A stretch of DNA of 64,000 nt from NCBI GenBank assembly GCA_963702005.1, contig OY969696.1, forward strand, positions 1,728,001 through 1,792,000. The letters are read 5' to 3'. Numbering within the stretch: position 1 is the stretch's first letter; each line of letters begins with the position of its first letter. The DNA is from Candidatus Aminicenantes bacterium (GTDB lineage: Bacteria > Acidobacteriota > Aminicenantia > Aminicenantales > JAFGBC01). Positions 45,442 through 54,657 of the stretch are shown piece by piece. The notes beneath the pieces were generated by a model, which was not told the origin of the DNA, did not search any database, and saw only the letters and a list, made by a program, of their open reading frames with translations. The position numbers were made by a program, and so were the translations under genes.

Positions 45442-46794
45442 TCAGGACATGAGCCCCGCGATGAACGCGGCGGCCTTGTCCGTCTCCTCCTGGGCCTTCT
45501 CTAGGGACCTGTTCTCGACGATGATCCTGATCATGGGTTCGGTCGCCGAAGCCCGGACATGGACCCAGCCGTCCTTGTCCTCGGCCCGGACGCCGTCCAG
45601 CAGGACGAGGTCCCGATCCTTGTAGAACTTCTGGACGGCTTGGACGATCGAGTGGACCTTGGAGGGCGGGCAGGCGACCTTGTCCTTGACGATGTGGTAC
45701 TTGGGCAGCTCCCGGACCAGCTCCCCGAGCGTCTTCTTCCGGACGGCCATGGCCTCGAGGATGAGGCCCATCATCAGGAAGCCGTCGAAGGCGGGCTGGA
45801 AGGCGGGCAGGGCGACGCTTCCGCTTCCCTCTCCGGCCAGGACGCCGTCCTCGGCGAGCAGAGTCTGGATGATGTGGGATTGTCCGACCCGGGCCTTGAC
45901 GACCGGACAGCCGCGGCGCGCGGCCACGTCCTCGATCATCCGCGAGGTTGAAAGGTTGGTGACGACCGTCCCGCGGCGGCGGCTGAGGACGTGGTCCGCG
46001 ATCAGAGGGAGGGCGTACTCCTCGGACAGGGTCTCGCCGTCCTCGGCGACGCAGGACAGGCGGCTGGCGTCGCTGTTGAGGAGGAATCCGGCCTGGGCGG
46101 AGGTGATCTTGGCGATCGAGGCGACCTCCCCGGCGTTCCGCGGCCGGGGCTCGGGATCATGGGGGAAGAATCCGCTGGGCTGATCGTTGACGGGGACGAG
46201 CTCGCAGCCGATCGCCCGGCAGAATTCGTCGACGAAACCGGCGCCGGCGCCGTTGCAGGGATCGATGACGATCTTGAACCCGGCCCGGCCGATCGCGGAC
46301 GCGTCGAGGAAGTCGGCCAGGGCCTTGAAGTAGCGGCCGGTGGTCTCCGCCGGGGCGGCCCCCAGCCCGCCCAGCCCTTCGGTCGGCGCCTTGGCGAACT
46401 CCTCGAGGTGATAGATGTCCAGGATCTCGTTCCCCTGGAACTCGTTGAGGTAGGTTCCGTCCCGGTTGATGAAGGTCAGGGCGTTCCACTCGGCGCCGTT
46501 GTGGCCGGCCGTGATCGAGATCCCGCCCCGGCCCTTGAGAGCGCGAACCAGGAACTGGAGGATGGGCGTCGGGCAGATCCCGAGGTCCGTGACGCCGCAG
46601 CCGGCGGCGAGGAGCGCGGATACGGAAGCCGACCGGAGCATCGGGCCCGAAAGCCGGGAGTCCCGGCCGACCAGGACTCCTCCCCGGCCCAGGAAGGTTC
46701 CGAAGGCCGAGGCGAAATCCGCGGCCAGCTCCGGGGTCAAGGTTTCGCCCACGATCCCGCGCACGCCCGAGATTCCGACCTTGAGGAGTTTCAT
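45442..46794 (-). CDS. Phosphohexomutase paralogue with degenerate catalytic motifs
   Basis: Same fold (GISGVRG, GRDSR, GEGSG, RASATEP) but TAGHN in place of TASHN and NSDASR in place of DxDxDR. Confidence 0.85.
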   Translation of the reverse strand: MKLLKVGISGVRGIVGETLTPELAADFASAFGTFLGRGGVLVGRDSRLSGPMLRSASVSALLAAGCGVTDLGICPTPILQFLVRALKGRGGISITAGHNGAEWNALTFINRDGTYLNEFQGNEILDIYHLEEFAKAPTEGLGGLGAAPAETTGRYFKALADFLDASAIGRAGFKIVIDPCNGAGAGFVDEFCRAIGCELVPVNDQPSGFFPHDPEPRPRNAGEVASIAKITSAQAGFLLNSDASRLSCVAEDGETLSEEYALPLIADHVLSRRRGTVVTNLSTSRMIEDVAARRGCPVVKARVGQSHIIQTLLAEDGVLAGEGSGSVALPAFQPAFDGFLMMGLILEAMAVRKKTLGELVRELPKYHIVKDKVACPPSKVHSIVQAVQKFYKDRDLVLLDGVRAEDKDGWVHVRASATEPMIRIIVENRSLEKAQEETDKAAAFIAGLMS

Positions 46795-46970
46795 GGTCCC
46801 GCCGTCCGTGCTATTACAGCACGGCCCGCCCGGATTTTCAAGCGGATGAGCCCGGGATGCCCCGACATCGGCCTTGACATTCCGTCCTTTTTTTTATGTA
46901 ATATCGATCAGGCAATTCAAATCGCGAGGAAAAAACCCGGGGGGTTTTTTCCTCTTTAGGAGGAGGGAGC

Positions 46971-49900
46971 ATGCTCTCGCACATTTATCGGTCCAAGTCG
47001 GTCGCTTCGGTTCTCATCTTTCTCATGGTCTTTTTCATCTGCAACTGGGCCTACCCCCAGGCCGGGAGCTCAAACGAGAAGAAAGCCGACAAGGCCCTCT
47101 CGGACGGACTCGACCAGTACCGGGCCGGGGAATACGTCAAGGCCATCGAGCGCTTCACGCAGGTCATCGCCCTGACCAAGGACGAGGCCAAACTCTCGGA
47201 CGCCTATTTTTATCTGTCCCTGTGCAACTATTTTAACGGGGAAACGGACGGCGCCGAGGAATGGGCCGTTAAGTCCCTGGTGATCGATCCGAGCCGGGAG
47301 GCTTCGGACATCTACCCGGCCGGGTTCATCGATCTCTTCAAGAAGGCCAAGCGGACGGCCGGGATCGAAATCGAGAAACAGCGCCGGGCCGAGGCCAAGA
47401 AGGGCGTGCCGGAGAAGGTCGAGCCTACGCCGGTGCGTGAGCCCAAGACCGAGGAGCCGCCGGCCGTCGTCTCCCGCGCTCGCGAGAAAGAGGGCGGAGG
47501 CGGCCACGGCGGCCTCTATCTCATCATCGGAGCCCTCGTCATCGGGGGCGCCGCCGCGGCCTATTTTCTGCTCAAGGGCAAGAAAGCGGGGGGAGGGGGG
47601 ACGGAACCCACGACCGGGAGCATCCAGGTCAGCTCGTCGCCGACGGGGGCCGAGGTCTTTCTGGACGGGACCGATAAGGGGACAGCCCCTCAGACCATTT
47701 CGAATGTCACTGTCGGAAGCCATACGATCAAGCTGACCAAGGAGGGCTACCGCGACTACACGGAGACGGTCAACGTCGTGGGCGGCCAGACCGCGACGGT
47801 CAACGCGACTCTGTCCAAGAACACGATCGCCGTGACCAAGCCCGTGGCCAATGAGTTCTGGAAGAAGGGCGAGAGCGTCGAAATCACCTGGACCAGCGAT
47901 ACGTCGTCCACCGTGGGGCATTTCTTCGCCATGAATCAGGCCGGGCTGACGGGTCTGGCCTCGCCGACGAGATGGAATCTCGTCCCCGGCACGGCCGGCG
48001 CCGGCCGCGGGAACGTCAACCGCTCGACCGGACCGACCGACCAGATCGTGCGCCGCGGGGCCGGTCAAGAGTTGCCGGGCTCCACAGGCGGAGGCCCGGG
48101 GAGCTACGGCCCGGCGGGGGAGAGGGGGCCGGCCGGCATGAGGTCGCCCCGGCTCGACAGCCTGTCCCGGATGAACGGGTCGCCGGGCGGGAACGCCAAT
48201 CGGGCCGGTTCGGCCGGAGGACCTCCCCAGGTCCGTGCTTTAGTCATCACCAACGTCAAGATCGAGCTCTACAAGGCCGGAAGCCAGGTCGAAACGATCG
48301 CTTCGAGCACGACCAACGATGGGAGCTACACCTGGACCGTGTCCGATTCTCTTTCGAACGGCAAGGACTACAAGGTTCGCGTCAGCTGCGTCGAGGAGAC
48401 GAGCGTTTACGGGCAGAGCGGCTCCTTCGAGATCTCGGCCGGCTACGGCTCGATCCAGGTCAAGTCGACGCCGGGCGCGGCGGCCGTCTTCCTGGACGGT
48501 GCCAACACCGGCAAGAAAACGACCTGCACCCTGACCAAAGTTCCGGTGGGGACCCACACCGTCAGGGTCGAAAAAGCCGGCTATGACACTGAGAAACAGA
48601 TCGTAACTGTCACGGCCGACGAAATGACGGAAGTGGAATTCACGCTCGAAGGCTTCGGCTTGATCAAGGTCACCTCGACGCCGGGCTCGGCCGAAGTCTA
48701 CCTGGACGGCGCCGACACCGGGAAGAAAACGACCTGCACCCTGACCCGGGTCGTCGAGGGCTCGCACGTCGTCAAGCTCGTGAAGACGAGCTACGAGTCC
48801 CAGGAGAAAACCGTCACCGTCAACGCCGGAAAGACGACGAACGTCGACTTCACCCTGAAGGGGATCGGCAAGATCCACGTCACCTCCACCCCGACCGGGG
48901 CGACCGTCTATCTCGACGGCGCCGACACGGGCGAGGTGACCGAATGCACGCTGCAGGATGTCGCAGAAGGGGATCACACCGTCAAGGTCGAGAAAGACGG
49001 CTACGAAACTCAGCAAAAGACGGTCACCGTTTCCGCCGGTGCCACGGCCCCCGCCAACTTCACCCTGGTCAAGAGCACGATCACGATCGACAAGCCCGAC
49101 TGGTGGTCGATCTGGGGCAAGGGCAAGGATGTCGAGATCAAGTGGAGCACCGGCAGCGCGGCGACGGGTTTGAACGGCCTGCGGACGGAGAGGGAGCTCC
49201 GCGGCATGGTGCCGTCGCTCCGGAATCCGCTCCGGAACGGCGAGGCGGCCCGCTCGCTGGCCAGGACGGGGGGAGCCGGAAGCAGGCTCGGAGCGGGACT
49301 ATTGCCCGACGGAATCGGGCTTCCCGGGCTCCGTCCGGGCGTCAAGGTCGAGGCGTCCGTGAAGACCGGGGGAGCCGCGAGCCAAGCGGTCCCGCCGGCG
49401 ATCGCCAACGTCAGGATCGAGCTCTACAAGGCCGGGGCGGCCGTCAAGACCATCGTCGATTCGACCTCCAACGACGGCAGCTTCACCTGGACCGTGGATG
49501 AAACCCTCGAGGACGGAGTCAATTATAAGGTCGTCATCAGCGACGCGGGCGGGTCGGGGACGAGCGGCGAAAGCCTGGAGTTCGCCCTGACCGACGTCAC
49601 TTATGAATACCAGACATACTGGGGAAGTGCCGGAACGGGCAACGGCCAATTCAACTCTCCTTATGCGATCTGCGTCGATAAGTACCCTTATGTTTATGTC
49701 GCCGACACCCATAATAACCGGGTCCAGAAGTTCACTACCTCGGGCGGCTGGATTCGGACCTGGGGGACGCTCGGGACGCTGGACGGGCAGTTCAATGTCA
49801 ACGCCGGCATCGCGGCGGACGTCAACCAGGTTATCTTCGTTTCCGACTGGAACAACTACCGCGTCCAAAGCTTCGATTCTTTCGGCGTCTTTAAAACCAA

Positions 49901-50444
49901 GTGGGGATCGAGCGGGGCGGGCAGCGGCCAGTTCAATGGTCCCTACCATGTCGCCGTCGATCCCGCCGGCTGGGTGTACGTCGTTGATTATTCTAACCAC
50001 CGCGTCCAAAAGTTCTGGCAGACGGGATTGTATACCCGCCAGTGGGGAGGGTACGGATCCGGGAACGGACAATTCAAGTATCCGCTCGGCATCGCCGTCG
50101 ACGCCAACTACACGGTTTACGTCTCGGACACCATAAACAACAGGATTCAAGTCTTCAATCAGTACGGCGTCTATTACTCCCAGTTCGGAACGGCCGGTTC
50201 GGGTGACGGCCAGTTCAGTACTCCCTGGGGGGTCGCGGTCGATAAGTACGGATTCATCTACGTCGTCGACGGCGGGAACTACCGCATCCAAAAGTTCAGC
50301 CCGCGCGGCCTTTACTGTTGCAAGTGGGGAAGCTACGGATCCGGATGGGGACAATTCAGCGGGGCGACCTCCATTGCGGTCGATGCTTACGGTTACGTCT
50401 ATGTAGCGGAGCGCACCAACAACCGCGTCCAGAAGTTCCGCTGA
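46971..50444 (+). CDS. Large envelope protein: TPR-like helices, TM helix, four PEGA domains, two Ig-like domains, NHL propeller
   Basis: Four GSI.V.S.P.GA.V.LDG...G.T repeats; two ITW...NV.IELYK.G...I..ST.NDGS.TWTV units; about six WGS.G.G.GQF..P..I.VD....YV.D..N.RVQKF repeats. Confidence 0.85.
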   Translation: MLSHIYRSKSVASVLIFLMVFFICNWAYPQAGSSNEKKADKALSDGLDQYRAGEYVKAIERFTQVIALTKDEAKLSDAYFYLSLCNYFNGETDGAEEWAVKSLVIDPSREASDIYPAGFIDLFKKAKRTAGIEIEKQRRAEAKKGVPEKVEPTPVREPKTEEPPAVVSRAREKEGGGGHGGLYLIIGALVIGGAAAAYFLLKGKKAGGGGTEPTTGSIQVSSSPTGAEVFLDGTDKGTAPQTISNVTVGSHTIKLTKEGYRDYTETVNVVGGQTATVNATLSKNTIAVTKPVANEFWKKGESVEITWTSDTSSTVGHFFAMNQAGLTGLASPTRWNLVPGTAGAGRGNVNRSTGPTDQIVRRGAGQELPGSTGGGPGSYGPAGERGPAGMRSPRLDSLSRMNGSPGGNANRAGSAGGPPQVRALVITNVKIELYKAGSQVETIASSTTNDGSYTWTVSDSLSNGKDYKVRVSCVEETSVYGQSGSFEISAGYGSIQVKSTPGAAAVFLDGANTGKKTTCTLTKVPVGTHTVRVEKAGYDTEKQIVTVTADEMTEVEFTLEGFGLIKVTSTPGSAEVYLDGADTGKKTTCTLTRVVEGSHVVKLVKTSYESQEKTVTVNAGKTTNVDFTLKGIGKIHVTSTPTGATVYLDGADTGEVTECTLQDVAEGDHTVKVEKDGYETQQKTVTVSAGATAPANFTLVKSTITIDKPDWWSIWGKGKDVEIKWSTGSAATGLNGLRTERELRGMVPSLRNPLRNGEAARSLARTGGAGSRLGAGLLPDGIGLPGLRPGVKVEASVKTGGAASQAVPPAIANVRIELYKAGAAVKTIVDSTSNDGSFTWTVDETLEDGVNYKVVISDAGGSGTSGESLEFALTDVTYEYQTYWGSAGTGNGQFNSPYAICVDKYPYVYVADTHNNRVQKFTTSGGWIRTWGTLGTLDGQFNVNAGIAADVNQVIFVSDWNNYRVQSFDSFGVFKTKWGSSGAGSGQFNGPYHVAVDPAGWVYVVDYSNHRVQKFWQTGLYTRQWGGYGSGNGQFKYPLGIAVDANYTVYVSDTINNRIQVFNQYGVYYSQFGTAGSGDGQFSTPWGVAVDKYGFIYVVDGGNYRIQKFSPRGLYCCKWGSYGSGWGQFSGATSIAVDAYGYVYVAERTNNRVQKFR

Positions 50445-50577
50445 GGACAGAAAGGAGAGCTCCGAGCCGGCTAGGGTCTTCGGCAGGGGATAGGGGAGGG
50501 ATGCGGCCGTCTCTCCCCGGTTGTCGGGTTGATTCCCGGCTTGCGTTCTGTTAAGTTGTGACCAGGGAGAGCTGGGA

Positions 50578-51138
50578 ATGAGCCCGGGCCGGCCGAAAGC
50601 AAGAAAAAGTGTCCGGCTGCTTCCGGCTTTCTTCATGCTTTTTTCCCTCGGTGCCGGTTTAGGCCAAGGCCAAGATCAGCCCAAGCCGACCGGCCAGGCT
50701 CCGGGCACGGGGAAAACGGAGCCGGCCGCTTCTCCCGACGCTTCCACCCTCCGGACTCTGAAGAAATCCCTTTTCATTCCCGGCTGGGGGCAGGCCGGAG
50801 AGAAGCATTATATTGAAGCCGCGCTTTTTTTCGGCGCCCAGGTCTTCTGCCTGGTCGGCGTCCTGAGCAACAACCACCGCGGGAACGAAAATTACGCCCT
50901 CTATAAACAGGCCGCGACGACCGAGGACGCCGTCAAGGCGCGGGCCCTGACCGAACGCTACGACAGGCGTCGCAATCAGTTCATCCTGGCCGCGGCGGCG
51001 GTCTGGGCCGTGAACCTGGTCGATACCTATCTCATCGTCAAGGGCAAGGGCGGCCAGGGCAAAGCCAAAGCCCTCCGTCTCAGGATCGATACCGGTGAAG
51101 ACCCGCAGCTGGCTCTCAGCCTCCGTCTTGGCTTTTAG
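50578..51138 (+). CDS. Hypothetical membrane protein (DUF5683-like)
   Basis: KSLFIPGWGQ motif, two hydrophobic segments, W..NLVD.Y, C-terminal LSLRLGF. Confidence 0.65.
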   Translation: MSPGRPKARKSVRLLPAFFMLFSLGAGLGQGQDQPKPTGQAPGTGKTEPAASPDASTLRTLKKSLFIPGWGQAGEKHYIEAALFFGAQVFCLVGVLSNNHRGNENYALYKQAATTEDAVKARALTERYDRRRNQFILAAAAVWAVNLVDTYLIVKGKGGQGKAKALRLRIDTGEDPQLALSLRLGF

Positions 51139-51823
51139 CCTGGTCCTCGCCCCGGCCTGCCGGGACCGGCTCTTCGACAACCCCTTCGACCCCAACGCCA
51201 GCGAGGTCATCTTCGAGGTCGTGGCCACCATCCAGACGCCCGCCTACGTTCCGCTCGGGCTGGCCTGGGACGGCACGATCCTCTGGAACGTGGACGGCTA
51301 CAACAACGTCCTCTACGGGCTCAACCGCGCCAACGGCACCGTCGTCCGCTCCCTCTCGGCGCCCCTGCCGGGAACGGCCGGCATCGCCTACGACGGCCAG
51401 GACCTCTGGGTCGCCGGCGAGACGTCGCCCGAGGTCCTCCGCCTCAACGTCCTGAACGGCGAGGTCCTCAAGCGCCTCAACCTTCAGCGCGGCCAGTTCA
51501 CGGCCCTCGGCTACGGCGCCGGCGCCCTGTGGGTCGCCGACGCCCAGTCGAACACGATCCTCCGCGTCCATCCCGAGACGGCCGAGCTGCTCGCCTCGTT
51601 CCCGAACCCGGGCGTCCGCGTCGACGGAATCGCCTTCGACGGATCGGCTCTCTGGATCTCGGACTCGACAACCCTGAGCATCACCCAGCTGACGACCGAG
51701 GGCCGCGTCCTGCGCAAGTTCCTGTCGCCCGGTCAGTCGCCGAGGGGCCTGGCCTACGACGGCCGCTACCTGTGGAACGTCGACGGGAGCCAGCGGATCT
51801 ACCAGTTGAGGTTCTCGAAATGA
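51095..51823 (+). CDS. Beta-propeller lipoprotein
   Basis: Lipobox LAPAC, DNPFDP, five GLAWDG/GIAYDG..LW repeats. Confidence 0.75.
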   Translation: MKTRSWLSASVLAFSLVLAPACRDRLFDNPFDPNASEVIFEVVATIQTPAYVPLGLAWDGTILWNVDGYNNVLYGLNRANGTVVRSLSAPLPGTAGIAYDGQDLWVAGETSPEVLRLNVLNGEVLKRLNLQRGQFTALGYGAGALWVADAQSNTILRVHPETAELLASFPNPGVRVDGIAFDGSALWISDSTTLSITQLTTEGRVLRKFLSPGQSPRGLAYDGRYLWNVDGSQRIYQLRFSK

Positions 51824-53700
51824 GGGGAGGAGGGCTCGGCCTGGCGGGCTCAATCGCGGTTGGGGTCGTCCTTTGGGCCGCTCCGGCCCGGCCGGCCGAA
51901 AAACAGGTTCTCGTCGTCCAGGCGGAGATCCTCGTCTATAGCTACGACCACAACCAGGTTTACGGGGAGAAAGCCGCTTTCGAAGCCCGTGGCTATAAAG
52001 TCACGGCGGCCTATTTCAAGGCCGACATCCTCTCGCGCCAGGCCCTGGCCTACGGGAGCGTGACGCTGGCCAAGGACGGCGAAAAGCTCGAAGCCGACGA
52101 GCTCTATCTGTCGTTGGAAGGCATGACCGGAACGCTCGTCCGCTACGGGCCGACGATCGAGACGACGCCTCTCCGCGCGGCTGCGGCCGCGGCCGCGACG
52201 GAGGGGAGCGCCGAGGGCAGGGCCCCCGCGGCGCCGGGCGGCGTCTTCGACGGGATCAGCCTGGACAAGATCCGGAAATCGTTCATCTCGTTCTCGGCCC
52301 GGACGATCGCCCTGACCGAGAGCTTCGAGGTCCTGGGGACGGGCGTCACCCTTTACCTGGAAGGGCTCCAGTCCCTGGCCTTCAAGCGCTTCCGGCTCTC
52401 CGACGGCGTCGGCCCGCGCCGGAACGGATTTGCCATCAACCGGATCTGGTACAACAAGACCCAGGGGCTGATCGGCCGCGCCAGCTATTCGATAGAGAAG
52501 CCGAACAAGGTCACCAGCCTGACCCAGCTCAACTATGAGGAGCGCTCCTTCCTCAAGAACAACTACGGGATCGCGCGCCAGGTCGACCTGCTGTCCTCGA
52601 CGACGCTGACCTTCAACGAGTCCCTCAGGATGGGCCTGGCCGGGAACTTCAACTCCTCCAGCCTGTGGAACGTTCAGACCTGGATCGGCAAGACCTGGAG
52701 CCCGGCCCTCACCACCCAATTCGATTTCTCTTATAACAAGCCCATCAATTATCGGGGCGAGGCTTGGCTCGGCTTCCAGTCCCAGCTCTCGGCCGGTAAA
52801 TGGGGAAACCTGGCTCTTCAGGGCCGCTACGAGCTCCGCAGCCAAGCCATGGCCAGCATGAACTACGCGGCGTCCTTCCTCAACCATTTCAGCCTCAACC
52901 TCCAGTCGTATTATTCGCGGGTCAAGATCGGAGAGAGCCGGGATTTCTCGGAGATCTTCACGGGCGGCCTGAACCTATCCTACGCGTCCCGCCTTTTCAA
53001 CCTGGGGACGGATTATTTCCTGAACTATGACCTGTTCGGACGGCAGGTCCTATCCCAGCCCCAGCTCCGGATCGGGGTCAATCCGGTCACGTTCTACGGC
53101 GGCCTCCTCTCGGTCAGCCTCAACGACATCGCCCTCTACAATTATTTCGAGAGGGAAGGCTCGGCCGAGCGCAGCTCCAGCAATAATACGACCTTGAGCC
53201 TGGGGACCCTGCCGGTCGAGCTCTCCAAAGGCCTCCGCTTGAACCTCAACCTGGCCCTCGAGCAGTTCATGGAGCGGGAGGGGCGGAATTTCACGACGGG
53301 CGGATTCATCGTCAACGCCGTCCAGGAGATTTGGACCGGTGTGTCGATCGAAGCCTATTACAGCCTGTCCTCGCGCCGGCGGAGCCGCGGCTGGCTGATC
53401 GAAGGGACGGCCAGCCAAGACCTGAGCCTGGTCGGCAGGGCCGCGATCGGCGACACCGTTAATTCCTGGGTCTCGTTCTCCTACGACGCCAAGAACGCCC
53501 AGATGCGGCAATCCTTCGCCGACCTCTCCTTCAAGGTTGTCCGGAATTGGAGCCTCCACGCCATCCTCAACTACGACTTCTTTCTCAAAAAGCTCAACAA
53601 CATCGACCTCTACATCGTCAGGGAAGCGGGACGCCTCCAGTTCCGGTTCATCTGGCGGAGCCTGTCCCGCCAATTCCTGGTGGAGTTCGTGCCGCGATGA
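51820..53700 (+). CDS. LptD-like outer-membrane beta-barrel protein
   Basis: ATG overlaps the upstream stop. OstA/jellyroll-like N-terminus (AYGSVTL...EKLEADEL.L.L...TG), followed by a long run of aromatic amphipathic strands. Family assignment is tentative. Confidence 0.55.
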   Translation: MRGGGLGLAGSIAVGVVLWAAPARPAEKQVLVVQAEILVYSYDHNQVYGEKAAFEARGYKVTAAYFKADILSRQALAYGSVTLAKDGEKLEADELYLSLEGMTGTLVRYGPTIETTPLRAAAAAAATEGSAEGRAPAAPGGVFDGISLDKIRKSFISFSARTIALTESFEVLGTGVTLYLEGLQSLAFKRFRLSDGVGPRRNGFAINRIWYNKTQGLIGRASYSIEKPNKVTSLTQLNYEERSFLKNNYGIARQVDLLSSTTLTFNESLRMGLAGNFNSSSLWNVQTWIGKTWSPALTTQFDFSYNKPINYRGEAWLGFQSQLSAGKWGNLALQGRYELRSQAMASMNYAASFLNHFSLNLQSYYSRVKIGESRDFSEIFTGGLNLSYASRLFNLGTDYFLNYDLFGRQVLSQPQLRIGVNPVTFYGGLLSVSLNDIALYNYFEREGSAERSSSNNTTLSLGTLPVELSKGLRLNLNLALEQFMEREGRNFTTGGFIVNAVQEIWTGVSIEAYYSLSSRRRSRGWLIEGTASQDLSLVGRAAIGDTVNSWVSFSYDAKNAQMRQSFADLSFKVVRNWSLHAILNYDFFLKKLNNIDLYIVREAGRLQFRFIWRSLSRQFLVEFVPR

Positions 53701-54173
53701 GGAAGGTTCCGGGCGTTTGGGCGGCGCTCGTCTTGGTTCTGGCCGGAGCCGCGTCCTGTATCTCTTTCGATATCAGGCGGTTCCCGGAAGCCGAGGACTA
53801 CGTCGCCGCATTCCTTGTCTGTAAGAATGTCGAAAACGCCGATGATCTTATCCGGCCGGTCCATGAGACGTCCGAGTTCGCCGCCGCCGACGGCCGGGTC
53901 ATTTCGTTCGCGAGCGTCCGCAACGTCGTCCGAACGATCCGCCTCCGCTGGAAATGGTATGATGCAGCCAAGGCGCTCGTCCGCGATACGGGCGACGTCG
54001 AGGTCAATCCGGGGGGGAAAAACCTCGAGGTCGTGACGGCCTACGACGTCCTCCCGCTCGAAGCCGGGAAGTCCAGCACCGGCTCCTGGACGGTCGTCCT
54101 GCTCATCGACGGCCGGCTGGCCGCCCGCAGGGAATTCACGCTTTCCGATGGCGGAGGCAGTAGTCCCAGATGA
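53697..54173 (+). CDS. Small lipoprotein with Ig-like fold
   Basis: ATGA overlap with the upstream gene; lipobox LAGAASC; LRWKWYD, GSWTVVLLIDG...REFTL. Confidence 0.7.
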   Translation: MRKVPGVWAALVLVLAGAASCISFDIRRFPEAEDYVAAFLVCKNVENADDLIRPVHETSEFAAADGRVISFASVRNVVRTIRLRWKWYDAAKALVRDTGDVEVNPGGKNLEVVTAYDVLPLEAGKSSTGSWTVVLLIDGRLAARREFTLSDGGGSSPR

Positions 54174-54342
54174 CCCGGGACATGATCCTCATCCCGACCG
54201 GGATGGCCTTCTGGTCTCGGCTGTTTTCCTTCGGGCACGACTCCCAGGTCGAGCATGACGCTCGGCACCTCCTTGGCGTAAAAGCATTTTTCAACCTGGG
54301 GAGGCCTTCAGCGACTAAAGGGGGTAGAGAGAAAGGCCCGTT

Positions 54343-54437
54343 AAAAGAAAGAAAAGGGAGGGCCGGGAGTGGATTCATAAGCCTCCTACTCCCTTCTTAT
54401 TATCTCTCGATCGCGCCTTGGATGACGGCCCTCCCTT
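54343..54437 (-). ncRNA. Candidate small RNA or structured leader
   Basis: Minus-strand TTGACC-N17-CACTAT promoter (54472-54444); 16-bp inverted repeat 54350-54365/54426-54441 pairs the 5' and 3' ends; U-rich tail at 54355-54343. Confidence 0.4.
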
Positions 54438-54534
54438 TTCTATATAGTGACAAATTCTTCCTAAAAGGTCAAATCCCTAATTCATTTTTTTAGACGTCCC
54501 GCCCCGCCCCATTTTCTCAACTAGAAATAAAAAT

Positions 54535-54588
54535 AATTCTGGGGACACACGACTTAATTATCGAATTAAGTCGTGTGTCCCCAGAATT
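54535..54588. repeat. Perfect 25-4-25 palindrome, REP-like (GGGGACAC...GTGTCCCC)
   Basis: AATTCTGGGGACACACGACTTAATT-ATCG-AATTAAGTCGTGTGTCCCCAGAATT. Confidence 0.85.
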
Positions 54589-54657
54589 CCTTCTGCTTCC
54601 CAGGCACGGCAAAATCATGTATGATTCCTACAAATACCAATCGGGAGGAGGCAGTTC

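Noticed and set aside
49610-50444. Periodic DNA repeats as a possible CRISPR array
   Set aside because: They are degenerate in-frame NHL protein repeats, with no identical repeats, unique spacers or cas genes.
50445-50577. GGCTAGGGT.. and hairpins resembling a ykkC/guanidine or Moco riboswitch
   Set aside because: Only a short word matches; the remaining conserved core is absent and the gene context does not fit. Probably ordinary intergenic hairpins.
54300-54657. Purine riboswitch upstream of guaA
   Set aside because: No TATAAT...GATATGG...TTTCTACC...CCGTAAA-type core is visible; the structure present is oriented on the opposite strand.
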